NCBI GenBank assembly: GCA_043228905.1
Contig: JBHGNT010000009.1
Span: forward strand, 18,538,001-18,602,000
Length of the DNA stretch: 64,000 nucleotides
From: Azolla caroliniana
Lineage: Eukaryota > Plantae > Polypodiophyta
Reading direction: 5' to 3'
Within the stretch, counting starts at the first letter, position 1, and each line of letters opens with the position of its first letter. Under the pieces are notes generated by a model that saw only the letters and a list, made by a program, of their open reading frames with translations, had not been told where the DNA came from and ran no database searches. Below, piece after piece: positions 1-12,760 of the stretch. The position numbers and the translations under genes are program-made.

Positions 1-2330
1 TTACAAAGGAAGCTTGAGTAGGGTGTTGGTATTAGGGCAATGGGGCCCATCAATTCCATTATGCAAGTCTGTCAAGCAGGGGTGCCCGTTGGCCCCCTAT
101 CTTTATTTATTTATTTCAGAGGCATTCTCTTTCTTTTTAAATAGACCGAATGCAAGAATTCGGGGATTGGTTGTCCCACATGCTTGCAAGGACTTGTTGG
201 ACTCCATGTATGCAGATGACACTATGTTCTATCTACAAGGCAATGATGTTAATTTACAGCAGGCTGAAACACGGATTGAGTTGTTTTGTAAAGCATCAGG
301 TGGGAAAATTAATTGGAACAAAAGTAGAGGGTTTTGGGTAAGTCCAAACTCATGGCTGCTTTGGCAACCTAATGCTAATTTTCAATGGGTCCCTAATGGA
401 AGGGCTGTTAAATATTTGGGCTTTTTGGTGGGAGTAGAGATTCAGAAAAATCAGCAGCTTGAGCAAGTGAAAGACAAAATCAGAAAAAAAACTTCGGTTA
501 TGGGCATCAATAAAGCTTTCCCTTGCAAATAGAGTGGTTGTGGTAAAACACATTTTATTGGCCACCATGTGGCACTCATTGGCATGTTGGATGTTAGATA
601 AAGATTGCATCAAAAATATTAAGGCAATGGTGAGAGGGTTCCTTTGGTCGGGTAGAGATCATGAGACGACGTCAGCTAAAGTGACCTGGAGTTGTTTGAT
701 CAAGGCAAAAAATCAAGGTGGACTAGGCATGGTGGATCCGGTTCACCAAAGTAAGGCTTTACTCGGTAAGCTCCTGGTGTGAAGTCTCCAACCTGGACCA
801 GAATTGTGGAAATTGCTTCTTAGAGACAGAACTGAACTCTAGTGTCCGAGGAATGGCGGCCCTTGGAAGGCAAAGAAGTGGTGGTTGTTCAGTCCAGGCC
901 TAAAGTTAAAAGAACCTATTAGCATGGAGGATAGGGTGGCCCGCACCATAAATAGGGCCTGGTCAAGTTTAAGAGAGGGGTTGGTCTTAATGCGGCCAAA
1001 AATGATGGAGGAACAACTCCGTCAACCACTATTTTGGAACCCCAGGATAAGAGATGATGACGGTATGATGCTTGGCCAGAAAAAATACTTGCCATGGGGG
1101 CAATGGTAGGGTACAATGTTAGTTCAGTAAGAGACTGGGAGGATTTCAAAAGGAAAAGAAGGGAGGGTCTGGTTGGTAGTCCTAAGTTTATTGGCTGGCT
1201 GGAAAAGGTGACCTGTTTGATAGATAAGGCTGTTGATGGTCTAGTTAGGCTGAATGAAGAAGAGGGGGTATGGTTTGGGTGGTTTGTAGGTGAGGGCCAT
1301 GCACAAATTATCCGAGGAAGGTGCCCATCTAATGAGTATCGTTTGTGGGCAACCTAAGTGTTGTGGCAGAGAATGGCCAATGGTTGGCAGTGCGAGTGGC
1401 AGTGTTGGAAGGTAAGGAGTGGCAAGTAAACCCGGACCTAGGGAAGTTGGAATCTGATTGTAAGCTTTGGATAGTTGACAACAAGCCTATATGTGATTTG
1501 GATTGGGATTCACTAGAGGTGTGGTGACAGAAACTGGGAACGGACAAACTGGAACGGTTTTTCGTGTACACTACTAAGTTAGGAAGGCAAATCATTAGCT
1601 CCAAATCGATGGGTGTTGCTCTAACTCGCAATAGTTGGAAGGATAAAGGAATTTCTGATGACTTCTTGAAGTCGTTTTGGAGGAGGCTATGGGCGTCCAA
1701 TATGCCAGAAAAAATAAAGCTTTGGTTGTGGCTTCTTAGTCACAAAGCGGTACCGGTGGGGGAGTGGCTTAGGTGTCGTGGTGGTGAGGCTGGTTGCAAG
1801 ATTTGTTGACACCCTTTGGAATAAATTCCTCATTGTTTTTGGAATTGCAAAGAAGCTATTAACATTTGGGGTAGAAGTCTCAGGATAGTGGCAGCATGCG
1901 GCGTGAATGGGAGAGTTGTATGGGGATCTGTACAGGGGCTGAAGTTCACAGGGGAAGGCTAGGTTGAACAGTTAAACCCCCACAATCATGGATTTATAGT
2001 GCAGGGTGGCAAGGTGTTTCAACGGGCTGGAGTTCGACCTAGCACTAACTCAAAATGTTTTGAAGAGATATGGATGATGGTGGCTAGTTTATCGGTTTGG
2101 CACATTTGGACCAGGCATTGTAAGTTTGTTTTTCAACATCAAAAGATCCCTAGCGGTGAGGTGTTATTAAATATCTTGTTTGAGTTGGTATCTTGGCTGT
2201 GGGGATGATACGACTCGATTAAGGGGGAATCTTATGCAACTGAAAGAACTCGATCAAAGTTCTTGCTGAAATGGGGTAGTTCTCCTATGGTGGGCAAATC
2301 GTCATTAGGGTCTCAATGGAATTACCAAAA
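1..2330 (+). mobile_element. Degenerate L1-type LINE ORF2 (RT C-terminal half, zf-RVT region and C-terminus), cut by the window start
   Basis: RT motifs SVKQGCPLAPYLY, MYADDT, KINWNKS and KYLG. Downstream are AKVTWSCLIKAKNQGGLG, KIKLWLWLLSHKAVPVGEW..GCKIC..HCFWNC and VWHIWTRHCKFVF. Several stops and frameshifts. Confidence 0.92.
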
Positions 2331-2925
2331 AATAAGAAAATACACATCAAGGGGATGACAACTTATACACATCATCCCCCTGATGTGTATTTTCTTATTT
2401 TTTGGTTATTCTTTCTTATTCCTTCTATTGGTCACACACTCAATCTCGCATATGCACTATGCTTCCACATACTCAACTCTAGGAGAGTTATATTCTTTAC
2501 GATAACTATGATAAACTCAAATATCATCTATGAGACCAAGATGGTTGTCTTCCAAATGGTTTAACTTCATTTTTTCTCAAATACTAGCACTAGATTTTGG
2601 ATTGAACATCACCAAAGGACAATAACCTCCAACCTCACATGGAAATGTCATAACATTTGTAGGATTTTCTGAAGGTTAATCTAGTCTATATATTGCAACA
2701 AACATAAAAATAACAGTAATCAGAACATATGGATAATGTACATGAAAATGACCAAATTACATTGAATGTCGTATCTATGTGGGTGAACCCGCATGATTTC
2801 TAGGTATTCCTGATAAACACTCTAGCACATCCACATGAGGGCCAACAAGATTTATTGAGCATTATGGTGAATCATATTGTGACAAACATAGAAATAAAAA
2901 TCAAGATGAGGGATGGAAAAGTATT

Positions 2926-2985
2926 GTCGTAGAGGTTAGGATTTGAACCTATGTGAGCAAACCAACATGATAGAAGTTCTAGTTT
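2926..2985 (-). pseudogene. Degenerate tRNA-Ser(AGA)-like 3' half (tRNA pseudogene or SINE head)
   Basis: The minus strand reads ACTAGA..TCATGTTGGTTTGCTCACATAGGTTCAAATCCTAACCTCTACG. This resembles plant tRNA-Ser (recalled as ACTAGAAATCATGTGGGCTTTGCCCGCGCAGGTTCGAATCCTGCCGTTCACG) with CpG-type decay. No 5' half found. Confidence 0.5.
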
Positions 2986-3789
2986 TCAAGATTTGTATCA
3001 TCAAAGGTACTCGCACTGGACAATGTAGATGAAAATACTTGCTCAAGAGCATAAGGCCATAAAACTTACATCGCTAGAACCATCTTGATGCAATATACCC
3101 AAGCTTTGCTTGCTGTTGTAAATCATATCATTATGACAATCATCTTATAATATCGTGATATTAATGAAGGTCCAATCATGAGCTTCTATAAATGTATTCA
3201 TTGATCATGAAGGTAGGTAACCGAATGTAACTCTTAAAACTTATGAAAGGTTAGGTTTAAGTGCATGATTGCATTGTGAAGTGTGTCTATGTGTTTGTGT
3301 CCAAGTATATGTGTAAAATCCATTTACGCTTTATACATGCTTTAATATATATGTATGGACAAGCACATTTCAAATGTAGGTATAACGCAACTACCTAAGC
3401 AACATGCTTACACTGTACATATACACATGGAGAGAGAGAGAGAGAGAGAGAGAGATGACAATATTATATTATCATATGGACAATGTTGACAACATTTCCA
3501 ATGGGGCATCAAAAGAGCATTATAAGAGAGTCTCCTATGATGCCACATGCTTGCGTTTTCTTTGAAGATCACGAATATGTTACAAAAGGTTGCAACTATA
3601 TGTACCTAGGGGAGAAGGATTTGTCAAACAAAAAGTTGGAAGATATTGAGTGAGTGAGTGTGTGTGCGTGCACGTGAGAGAGATCGTTGCATGTAAATAC
3701 ACGATCGCTAATACAATTTGGTGACTTAAAAAATGTTCATGGATGTGAATCTTTCTTGGTTGATTTGATATTCTATCATGCATACACAT

Positions 3790-5880
3790 TCTAAAAAGTC
3801 ATGGGTTTGCTATCTCTAAGTCGGACTCTTCGTTGTTCATCCGGCAAGGCTTTGACGGTCCGGTATGTATACTCTTGTATGTGGATGATTTAGTCATCAC
3901 CGGACCGGGTCTTCCCGAAATCAACCGCGTCAAGTTCCAGTTGTCAGACGCATTCGAAATGAAGGACCTGGGGGACCTTCATTATTTTCTTGGGATCGAA
4001 GTGATCCGGACCCCCGACGGCATATTGCTCTCACAACAACATTACGTGTTGAATATGATGTATAAGTTCGGCATGATGGATTGCCGACCTGTCTCCACAC
4101 CCCTGGACCGGAACCAGAAGCTCCGTCCCAACTCCGGACCGGCCTGCAATGAGAAACGGTTCCGCCAGGTTGTCAAAAGCCTGATCTACTTAACCATCAC
4201 CCGACCCGACATCAGCTATCCGGTCGGCATGGTAAGTCAGTTCATGCAGAAGCCGACCGTGGAGCATCTTCAGTGCACGCAACGAATATTACGGTATGTC
4301 AGCGGCACTAAGGACCGGCGAGGTATACCCGAAGAGCTTGTCGGTTACACAGATGTTGACTGGGCCGGCGATGCGTCTGATCGCCACTCCACTTCCGGAT
4401 ACATGTTCTCCATAGGTAGCGCGGCCGTTGCGTGGAGCAGCAAGAAGCAGCCCACAGTGGCTTTGTCAAGCACTGAGGCTGAGTACCGGGCCGCTACCAC
4501 TGCCACTTGTGAAGCCATTTGGCTTCGGCGACTGCTGCGAGACTTGAGGATCGAGGTACCGACCCCGATCCCGATTTACTGCGATAACATGAGCAGCCTG
4601 CAACTCGCCAAGAACCCTGTGTTCCATGCTCGCACAAAGCACATCGAGGTGCACTACCACTTCGTGCGTGAGCGGGTCCTGAGCGGTGAAGTTGACCTAC
4701 GGTATGTTCATAAGGATCGGCAAGTTGCCGACATCTTCACCAAGCCGCTCGGATCGGACAAGTTGCAGCACTTTACCGACATGCTTGGTATTCAGCATCT
4801 CGATGTGCCGCACTTGAGGGGGAGAAGCAAGGGCAAAGTCTCTACCGAAATGGGCAAAGGCCAAAAAACTATTGAACCCGTCGGTAAGAGGAGAGCCGGA
4901 AGAAGAGGAGACAAGAAGATGAAGGAAGCCGAGTCGACGAAGGAAGTCGACACATCCGAACAGGTCGGAGCAAGCGGCTGTGAAGAAGAGTTGTGCACTC
5001 ATGAAGAGAAGTGCATGTTGTGCGGAGGTCATCACGACGGTACTGACCATGATGCGGAGTCGAATGAAGAATTCGATTTCGGCTCACCGGCTGAAGAAGC
5101 CGAGGGAAGCATGGAGAAGGCCAGGACTCGGAAGTGGTCCGATGTGGTGAGAGGCCTGAAGCCGAAAGTCGAATCGGAGTGTATCGATTCGGACAAGAGC
5201 TGGAACGAGTCGGAGACAGCTGACTCGGATCAACAGATGGATCCGGATGAGTCAGATCGACTGAAGGCCAAGGGGACACGGACACGGCGGAAGTCGATGC
5301 CATCGTGGGAGAACCGACGGATCGGCAAGCGCCGGAGTCACAACAATGTGAGTGTTGAGATGGGCCTATTGAGCAGACATGCCGACCGAGAGGGTCGAGG
5401 CGCGTAGAACCAAAGGGGTCGCGACAAACCGGACCAAACCGGACAAGGAGCGCGAGCAAGGCGGAGTGACGCCAGGAGAAGTCGGTTGGAAGAACCGACT
5501 GCCACATAGGTCGACACTACGACCCCACCTCAGGTTGAGCTTGAGGGGGAGTGTTGAGCGGCAAGCTCAACCGGAGCCGGATCGGCTGAATAAGCCGGAG
5601 CCGGTAAGCGAGACGGATCGGGCGAAATGGATCAGTATGACGGTGAGCAACCGAACCGGCAAGCAATGGAGGCCGGGTGCAATCCGTAACCGGAAGTCCA
5701 ATCGGAAGCCTAGTATAGGATAGACTACTAGGTAGCTATAGTCTCGTAGTAAGTGTCAGATGCTCGTGTGAGCATTGAAGTACATGGTACTTCTGTCAGT
5801 CCCAAGAGGACTTGTATAAATAGTGCTACTTAGCACAGTGTGTATACAGAGTCTTGATATAATTTTGAAATTGTGTTCTG

Positions 5881-5912
<32 letters not shown>

Positions 5913-5955
5913 GTTGTTCTCTGTTTTACGCTTCCGCAAACACTCACGTTTATAA
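3790..5955 (+). mobile_element. 5'-truncated Ty1/Copia LTR retrotransposon: RT C-terminus, RNase H, PPT and 3' LTR
   Basis: LLYVDDLVITG, FEMKDLG, TRPDISY, GYTDVDWAGD, SSTEAEY, IYCDN and RTKHIEVHYHFVRE. PPT TTGAGGGGGAG at 5541-5551 is followed by TGTTG (LTR start 5552). The LTR has a (CT)n tract and CTTCCGC; its end is approximate. Confidence 0.95.
3833..5407 (+). CDS. Copia Pol fragment (RT-RNase H) with a ~190-aa charged C-terminal extension
   Basis: Uninterrupted 524-aa ORF. Recognisable Copia homology ends near HLRG at about 4820. Confidence 0.85.
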   Translation: MFIRQGFDGPVCILLYVDDLVITGPGLPEINRVKFQLSDAFEMKDLGDLHYFLGIEVIRTPDGILLSQQHYVLNMMYKFGMMDCRPVSTPLDRNQKLRPNSGPACNEKRFRQVVKSLIYLTITRPDISYPVGMVSQFMQKPTVEHLQCTQRILRYVSGTKDRRGIPEELVGYTDVDWAGDASDRHSTSGYMFSIGSAAVAWSSKKQPTVALSSTEAEYRAATTATCEAIWLRRLLRDLRIEVPTPIPIYCDNMSSLQLAKNPVFHARTKHIEVHYHFVRERVLSGEVDLRYVHKDRQVADIFTKPLGSDKLQHFTDMLGIQHLDVPHLRGRSKGKVSTEMGKGQKTIEPVGKRRAGRRGDKKMKEAESTKEVDTSEQVGASGCEEELCTHEEKCMLCGGHHDGTDHDAESNEEFDFGSPAEEAEGSMEKARTRKWSDVVRGLKPKVESECIDSDKSWNESETADSDQQMDPDESDRLKAKGTRTRRKSMPSWENRRIGKRRSHNNVSVEMGLLSRHADREGRGA

Positions 5956-5959
5956 GTTA

Positions 5960-6365
5960 GTATTGAATTGAAATGGTTGTAAATAGTACAATATGCCTCT
6001 ATTAATTAGGAGTAATCTTGAAGGTTCTAGAATGTTGCAGAGTATTCTAGAATATTCATGATTTTTCTAGATTATCCTAGAAAGTTCTAAAACCTAGTAA
6101 ACGAAAATAATATAAAATATATTATAATATTTGTTCTAATGGCATGACCCGTGTACTATAAGGTCATGGATTCAATTTCTATTTGAGGCCATATCATGAC
6201 ACTATCCCTCTCTTCAAATGACGAGTATTACGAGTCAACTTTAGTTAAAGACCTGGTTTGTTTGGGATTTGTTGATGAAATTCCTCAACAAGGTCTCAAG
6301 CATTTGCGACATTCGCTACCAGTTCCCAAGTACGGCTACTGTGACTATATCCCATAAAGAGGTTT
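5960..6365 (-). mobile_element. Ty3/Gypsy chromovirus (Tcn1-like) 3' end: chromodomain remnant, PPT and LTR piece
   Basis: A minus frame reads MGYSHSSRTWELVANVANA*DLVEEFHQQIPNKPG (chromodomain tail). PPT AAGAGAGGGATAG at 6214-6202 is followed directly by TGTCA at 6201. TCTAGAA-rich LTR-like sequence at 6025-6095. Confidence 0.75.
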
Positions 6366-6660
6366 AATGAAAGGGGTGCAACAAATCATAAAAGAGGAGC
6401 CATGTTTGAAATTTTGCAAATAATTATTGGTAGCTCCCCAAACAAGAACAAAACATACACTAGAAGACTACAAAAAGATGCTTGTGTTAAGAGGTGATTG
6501 CCAATACGTGAGACCGAGAAGGTTTAGTGTTTGCACAGTGATGATTTAACATTGACTTCAAGGGACTCTAATGATGTGGTTTGCATAATTTGTGGGTGTA
6601 TTTTGTCAACCATTGTAAAAGAGCAATGATCTCTAAATTATTTTGAATTATCTTAGGAGC

Positions 6661-9300
6661 AAGGCTTGAATTTGACGGGTTGGTCTTTAAGTTTTTTTAC
6701 GGGCACTTTTTAAAGATGTATGTCATATGACACGAGAGTGCCAAAACTAACATGTTATTTGACATACAAGTTTTAATAATGAAAAGCATATGATGCTTGA
6801 GCTATAGAAAGTATACAAAGATACACAAATAAACATAACTACCTCACAAAGATAATGAAATCATACAAATTGAATATTTAAATCATCATATATTTCTTAA
6901 AACCCAAAAAACAGAAAAAATGTTTATCATACCGTGACTCCTCATATTAAGCATTGTAAAATATGTGTCTACTTCAATGATAATATCCTTCTCTCTTTTT
7001 CTTCATACCAAAGGTTAAATATATCCCTCCAACAAATGTTTGATGTATCTTGAGCATTCAAGGATATAAACATCAAAGCATCTAAAGTTTCCAGAGATAA
7101 ATCGTTTCTAATATCATTTTTTATGATATTTTGACGTGAAAAACCTCGTTCACATGTTGTTGTACTAATAGGAATAGTCATACATAGTTGCCACAATTGC
7201 ATAATACCCGGAAATAATTGCCACCAAGATTGTGCTTTGCAACAAATATCCCATGCATCATGCATTCGTCTTCCTTTAGCAATTCTAACAAGCATACCAA
7301 CAAAATCTTCTCGTTCATTGAAGCATATTTTCATGTCAACAATTTGCCTATCAATATTAAACTTCCCAATAAGTTTGTGCAACCATTCCGTTGTCTTTTT
7401 CTCTCTTTCATTTTCCTCAATGGGATATGAAGACGGATTAAACAACTTTACAACATTGAAAAATGTAACATCCGGGAAACGATTGTTTAAGGCATCAATA
7501 ACATGTTGGACAAAGTCCTTTCCAATGCTAATGCATTCATCCAAACTACCATTTTCCACATTACCATGAAACATATTCAAGTTGAAATCACTATCTTCAT
7601 TCTCACTATCAAGACCACTTACTAGTCTTCTTGATCACTTACTAGTCTTCTTGATCGTTTTGTTACCTCCTTTGGGTTTGGAATTTGTATAAACTTCAAT
7701 GGATGTGAATGAGTAACATTATCACATCCAATATATGTGAGTATGCCATCTTTCATATTATCTAGAAAGTTTGTAAGAAACATAGACCCGGTGCCAAATG
7801 TTTCACAAGATAAATAGCGTCTTCGAAGTTTCTCATGGATGATATCCAAGTGAACACCAAGCATAGTTACATCCATTAATTCCCTTTGGAACTGCTCATT
7901 TAATGTATTTAATTCCACAAGAATATCTGCCAATAGGTGTAACATAAATTGCACTTGGAATATAGTAGCATACTCGTACCATTTTTTCTAATGTTTTTCC
8001 CATTACTCTAAAATTGCAGGCATAAGTGTAACTAGTCTCTCCATTACTTGACCTCGAGATAACCATCTTATGGAGTGAATTTTAAGCACCTTCAAATCAC
8101 CCTTACCATGTCGTTTCATTATTTCTTTTAGCTCCTTGTGTCTGTCTATTAGTTGACTTTCCCAACCAAGAGTATACTTTATTTGCAAATGCATCAAGGA
8201 ACCTAAACACATGTGCATGAGACATTATATATGTATCTTTTATGGCAAGTGCTTCACGATGTGCAATGCAATGCACTCCCAAAATATTAGGCATCATGGA
8301 TTGAAACTTAGAAATTGCTCCATTATTCTTACTTACCATAGATGATGCCCCATCACTTGCAAAAGCCACTAGTTTTTTTAAATCTAAATTGCTTTTCAAA
8401 ATGAATTCATTAATAGTATTATAGATACCTTCAGCTTTCCCATTTTCCACCGGAAGAAGACGCACAAATTTACATTGTGGCTCCCCTTTGCCACCTTCAC
8501 TTAAGTACAAGACATAGATAATGAGGTGTTTTTCCAATGTCAGATCGGTGCTTTCATCAATCAAGATGGAGAAAAATGGACTTCCACGAATTTCATACAA
8601 GAGTTTTCTTGTGTGGTTCTTCATAGCCATTAAGAATTCTCTTGTAGATTTAGCATTAGCATAAGCATTGTATTCATTTGAGGCAGGGGCATTTGGAGTA
8701 CCAAGTTCTCTTTGTAACTGACATTGTTTTACATATTTCTCTAATGGAATATCATTACAAGCATAAAACTGAACCAACTTCATGCATAAGATTATCCTCT
8801 CATTTTCTAAATGCATGATTTCTGAAATATTGTCATCCACATTTGCATTTTCCTTTTGTATCTTTACATGATACATATCACTTGTTATTACATGGTCGGA
8901 TGACTTAGAATGCTCATTCAATGATGACAATTGCATGCTAAGGGATCCACCATCTATAAAAACATTATTCCTTCTCGCATCTTCACACCACATGCATTTT
9001 ATTTTTTCATCACCTAATAAGGACTTTGTCAAATATGCCCATGGGTGGAGCAAAGTCCACTAGTTTCTCCACTTTCTTTTTGTTTTATTAGAAGAAGATG
9101 TTGACACATTTACATTTGTGACAACCTCTTCATCATTATTTGGAGTATCGTTAAGATGTGCTTTCTTGCAAAACACACTCTTAATCGAAGGTTGGTGTGA
9201 TCTATGTTTTTTGGGGCAGGACATACACTTGAAACTGAGGGAATTCACAAACCAAGAAAAAAAACAAAGATGAGATGGGCAATAAAGGATAGTTTCCACT
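6661..9300 (-). mobile_element. hAT DNA transposon with a ZNF862/C17orf113-like transposase pseudogene
   Basis: N-terminal zinc-finger-like CMWC..HSKSSDH, then FFSILIDESTD, FASDGASSM, HCIAHREALA, IRWLSRG and the hAT dimerisation motif TIPISTTTCERGFSRQNIIK. Broken by stops and frameshifts near 9060, 8100-8200, 8003 and 7622. Candidate terminus CAAGGCTTGAATTTGACGG at about 6660. Confidence 0.9.
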
Positions 9301-9496
9301 CTAGATCTTCCAATCTATAAAAAAAACGAAGAAAGATGAAGACTCACATTAGCTTACACGCACATGCAAATCGAAGTTACGGTAAGAGTTCTTAGGATGG
9401 GTGTGGGGAGTTGTTGCACTATTTGTGCCTCCGAAGTTCCATGGTATAGAAGTCTACACAGAAACACTTTTGGTCCTCGAATTGCAAGACTATGAA

Positions 9497-10115
9497 GAAA
9501 TGTCTAATCTGAAAGTTAGTAGCCTATAGAGTATCATGAAGAGGAGGCAATTGAAGTGGTTCATAGTTTCAAACACCTTAGTGTTGCCATACCTAGTCAA
9601 CACACTTGGAATACATGGTGAATGGAAACCACATAGATTCATAGTATGAATTTGAGAGCATGTGGCACTTGCACACAACCCAAAGATGGGAGATTCCAAC
9701 AATGTCATTTGTATGCATGCAACACATAAACCAAGCATGCTCTTACACACATTTATGCAGACAATGTTGTACTTCAGACATGTTATCCATTATGACTACA
9801 AATGCTTCCACATATGATCATTCCTTTTTTGAGAATAGTGGCCTAGCAATCAAAGTGCCTAAGGTCAAGTTCATGGTGAGAAGCAATGTCTAATCTGACA
9901 GTCAATAGCCTGTAGAGTAACATGAAGAGGAAGCAATTGAAGTGGTTCATAGTTTCAAACACCTCAATGTTGCCATACCTAGTCAGCACACTTGGAATAC
10001 ATGGTGAATGAAACCACACAGATTCATACTATGAATTTGAGAGCATGTGGCACTTGAGCACAACCCAAAGATGGGAGATTACAACAATGTCATTCGTATG
10101 CATGCATCACACAAA
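9497..10115 (+). repeat. Direct duplication: two ~230-bp copies about 387 bp apart
   Basis: AATGTCTAATCTGA...GGCAATTGAAGTGGTTCATAGTTTCAAACACCT...CAACCCAAAGATGGGAGATT...GTATGCATGCA occurs at about 9499-9730 and 9885-10115, highly similar. Confidence 0.95.
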
Positions 10116-11399
10116 TTCTGCTTTACAAAAAAGGTATGGGAGGAAGCATTTCAGTGAGCTTGTGGAATGAAACAATGAAAGTATAAAAGAGATTTCACTG
10201 CCTTCATTTAGGGGGTTAAGAGCACAACCCTAGTACATCTAGAAACGAGAAGAAAGCCAATCAAGTGGTGTGAACTTCAAAGGGGTTATTCCAAGAAAAT
10301 ATCGAAAGTAAGGATGATAGCATGAGATTGTATCCTCAATGCAGAACGTGAGACCATGTTTTACTCTACGAGAGGTCATATGAAATGGAGATCAGCCAAT
10401 TATAGATCTAAATTTAAGTGTTATTCCAGCTGCATTTATACTCGATATTAAGAGAATTATTGGGGGGGTTGGCCAATGCCCAAGCACAAAATACATCCAA
10501 ACATGAGATTAGTTTCTTGTAATAATTTGTGATCTCCCAACGTTTGTTAAGACAAGAATAGGGGAGGGCAGGAGGAGAGACTGATTGATTGATTTGTCAT
10601 ATTATAGCCGCCCATGATGACCCTCATGACTATGGCCACCCCTCAAATAAGTGGGGATCGAACCCGAGTCAAATAAGCGAGGAATGCATTCAAGCGAGAA
10701 AATAGAGAGAAATAGAAAAAAAAAGACAAATACATACCTCAAAGTGGTGACAAATAGTAGATGTGCAATCACCGAGAAGCGACAGGGAGCAACGAGTAGT
10801 GAGAGTGCTGGGAGCAATGGGCAACGACCAAGCAACAGGGAGTAGGAAGTGAGAAGGAGGAGGAAGAAGGAAAGCAAGAAAAGAGAAAATAGGGGGGAAA
10901 GAGAAAAGAGTAGGAAAAGAGAAAGAGGGGGGGTTCGGGAATTTAGAAATGAAACATTGAAAGCATAGTTAATATAGTTATTAGTCACGACTCACATTAT
11001 ACATATACAGTTATACTATTATAAAATGTACATACTACAATGTACATTATAATAGTATATGTCTTTATAGTATCATGTATGTACATTTTATAGTATGTAC
11101 TATGTAAATATACTATATATAATATGTATTATGACATTATACAATGTCATATATATATATGACATGGAAAATAAATTTTTAGCATGTCATTTGACTTGTA
11201 TAAATTTTGGGCACATTTCACATGAAAAATGAAAATTGTAAGTTTATATGTCAGTTGACGGACATTTTTATTGGGTGTGTGTTTTTTATAGGCAAAATGG
11301 CCTTTGACGAGCTCTAAATATTCCAATGTAAATTTTACGGTTTTTAGCGACTTAAATTTGTATATCTAAAACTTTTGAGTTAGATTGAACGTCTGATCT

Positions 11400-11715
11400 T
11401 TGGATTTTTTGGTGGTTGAATTTTTTGGTGTGACTAAACTTGTTATATTTGAATATTTGAGCTTTTTGTCTCCGAATATGTGTGATCTTTGGAATTTTCG
11501 GCAATTGAAAATTTTGGTGAGAAGAAACTTGTTATATTTGAATCTCTGCGTTTTTTGTCTCTAAATATGCTTGATATTTGGAGTTTTTGGTATCTGAATA
11601 TGCTTGATATTTGGAGTTTTTGGCATATGAATATGATTGATCGTTAAAGTTCTTGTTCTTTGAAGTTTTTGGAGACTGAAATTTTGTAACCTTTGAAGTT
11701 TTTGATCTTTTTAGA
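11400..11715. repeat. Degenerate ~30-bp minisatellite (GATATTTGGAGTTTTTGGTATCTGAATATGCTT-like)
   Basis: Repeated units are visible at 11440-11480 and 11530-11635. Confidence 0.7.
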
Positions 11716-11884
11716 AAATTGGGTCGGGGTAGATGCAAGTAGCCCAATTGGAAAACTGAATCTGCCGAGTTAGACGACATGAGTTGAGTTAGATGCCGGG
11801 TCAAAAAAAATTGTCAACCGGGTTACAAGTGAAAGAGACAGGAAAAGAGTTGGTTTGCATGTGGGCGAGGCGGGTAAGAAATGC

Positions 11885-12020
11885 CAAAGATAGGGACAAA
11901 CTCGGGCTAGAAATGACAGAGGTAGGAACAAGACCCGGGCTAGAAACGACAAAGGTAGGAGGAAACCCGACCTAGAAACGACAAAGGTAGGGACAAGGGA
12001 CAGAGCCAGGTTAGAAATGG
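11885..12020. repeat. ~33-bp tandem repeat (CTAGAAACGACAAAGGTAGGGACAAGACCCGGG), about 4 copies
   Basis: Direct inspection. Confidence 0.8.
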
Positions 12021-12467
12021 GTGCGTGCGCGCTTCTCCTGGATAATGATATGACATGGGTGCAGATATCACGAGATGATCAAAGGCATCTAACACATAAG
12101 AGATCAAAACCAGCCTTTGTAGCTTCTTACTTCTTGCTCAATTTATACATAGTTTGATACAAAGGTACCCATTTGGGTTGGCTTAGCTACATGCGTGGGA
12201 AAAAAGGGTGTGTTAAAAGGGTGGGTTGGCTTAGGTACATGCATGCTAAAAAGGGTGTGCTAAAAGGGTGGCACAAAGGAACAAATGCACACCACCGCAT
12301 AGATGCATTCTTTTTTGTCATGAGGCCTATATATTTAAGATTTGGTTGCAAATACTGGTAGACACGGATGGACGGACTGGTGGACAAATAGACGGACAGG
12401 GGAGGCGGAGGCGGAGGCATATGGACAAAGGAATGGCCAATGAATGAATGAATGTGCCACCATAACA

Positions 12468-12760
12468 ATACATACATACATACATACATACCTACGTACA
12501 TACATACATACATACATGCATGCATACATACATACCCATGTACATACACATATGCATGCATACATATACATACATATGTGTACACACATTCATAACAATA
12601 TGTATGTATGTACATGCATACATACGTACATACACACCATTCATAACAATACATGTACATGGAGGCAAATGGAGTTATGTATGTATGTATGTATGTATGT
12701 AGGCAAATGGAGTTATGTATGTATGTATGTATGTATGTATGTATGTATGTATGTATGTAG
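12468..12760. repeat. Compound microsatellite, (TACA)n followed by (TATG)n
   Basis: Direct inspection. It explains the spurious HTYI and MYVC ORFs. Confidence 0.95.

Noticed and set aside
4466-5723. Antisense and overlapping ORFs in the Copia element
   Set aside because: By-products of GC-rich TE sequence with no recognisable domain.
10651-10670. tRNA box-B-like word GGGGATCGAACCC (another near 50490)
   Set aside because: No cloverleaf can be built; at most a SINE trace.
11400-12020. Periodic 30-33-bp repeats as a possible CRISPR array
   Set aside because: No unique spacers and no cas genes in a eukaryotic context; these are plain minisatellites.
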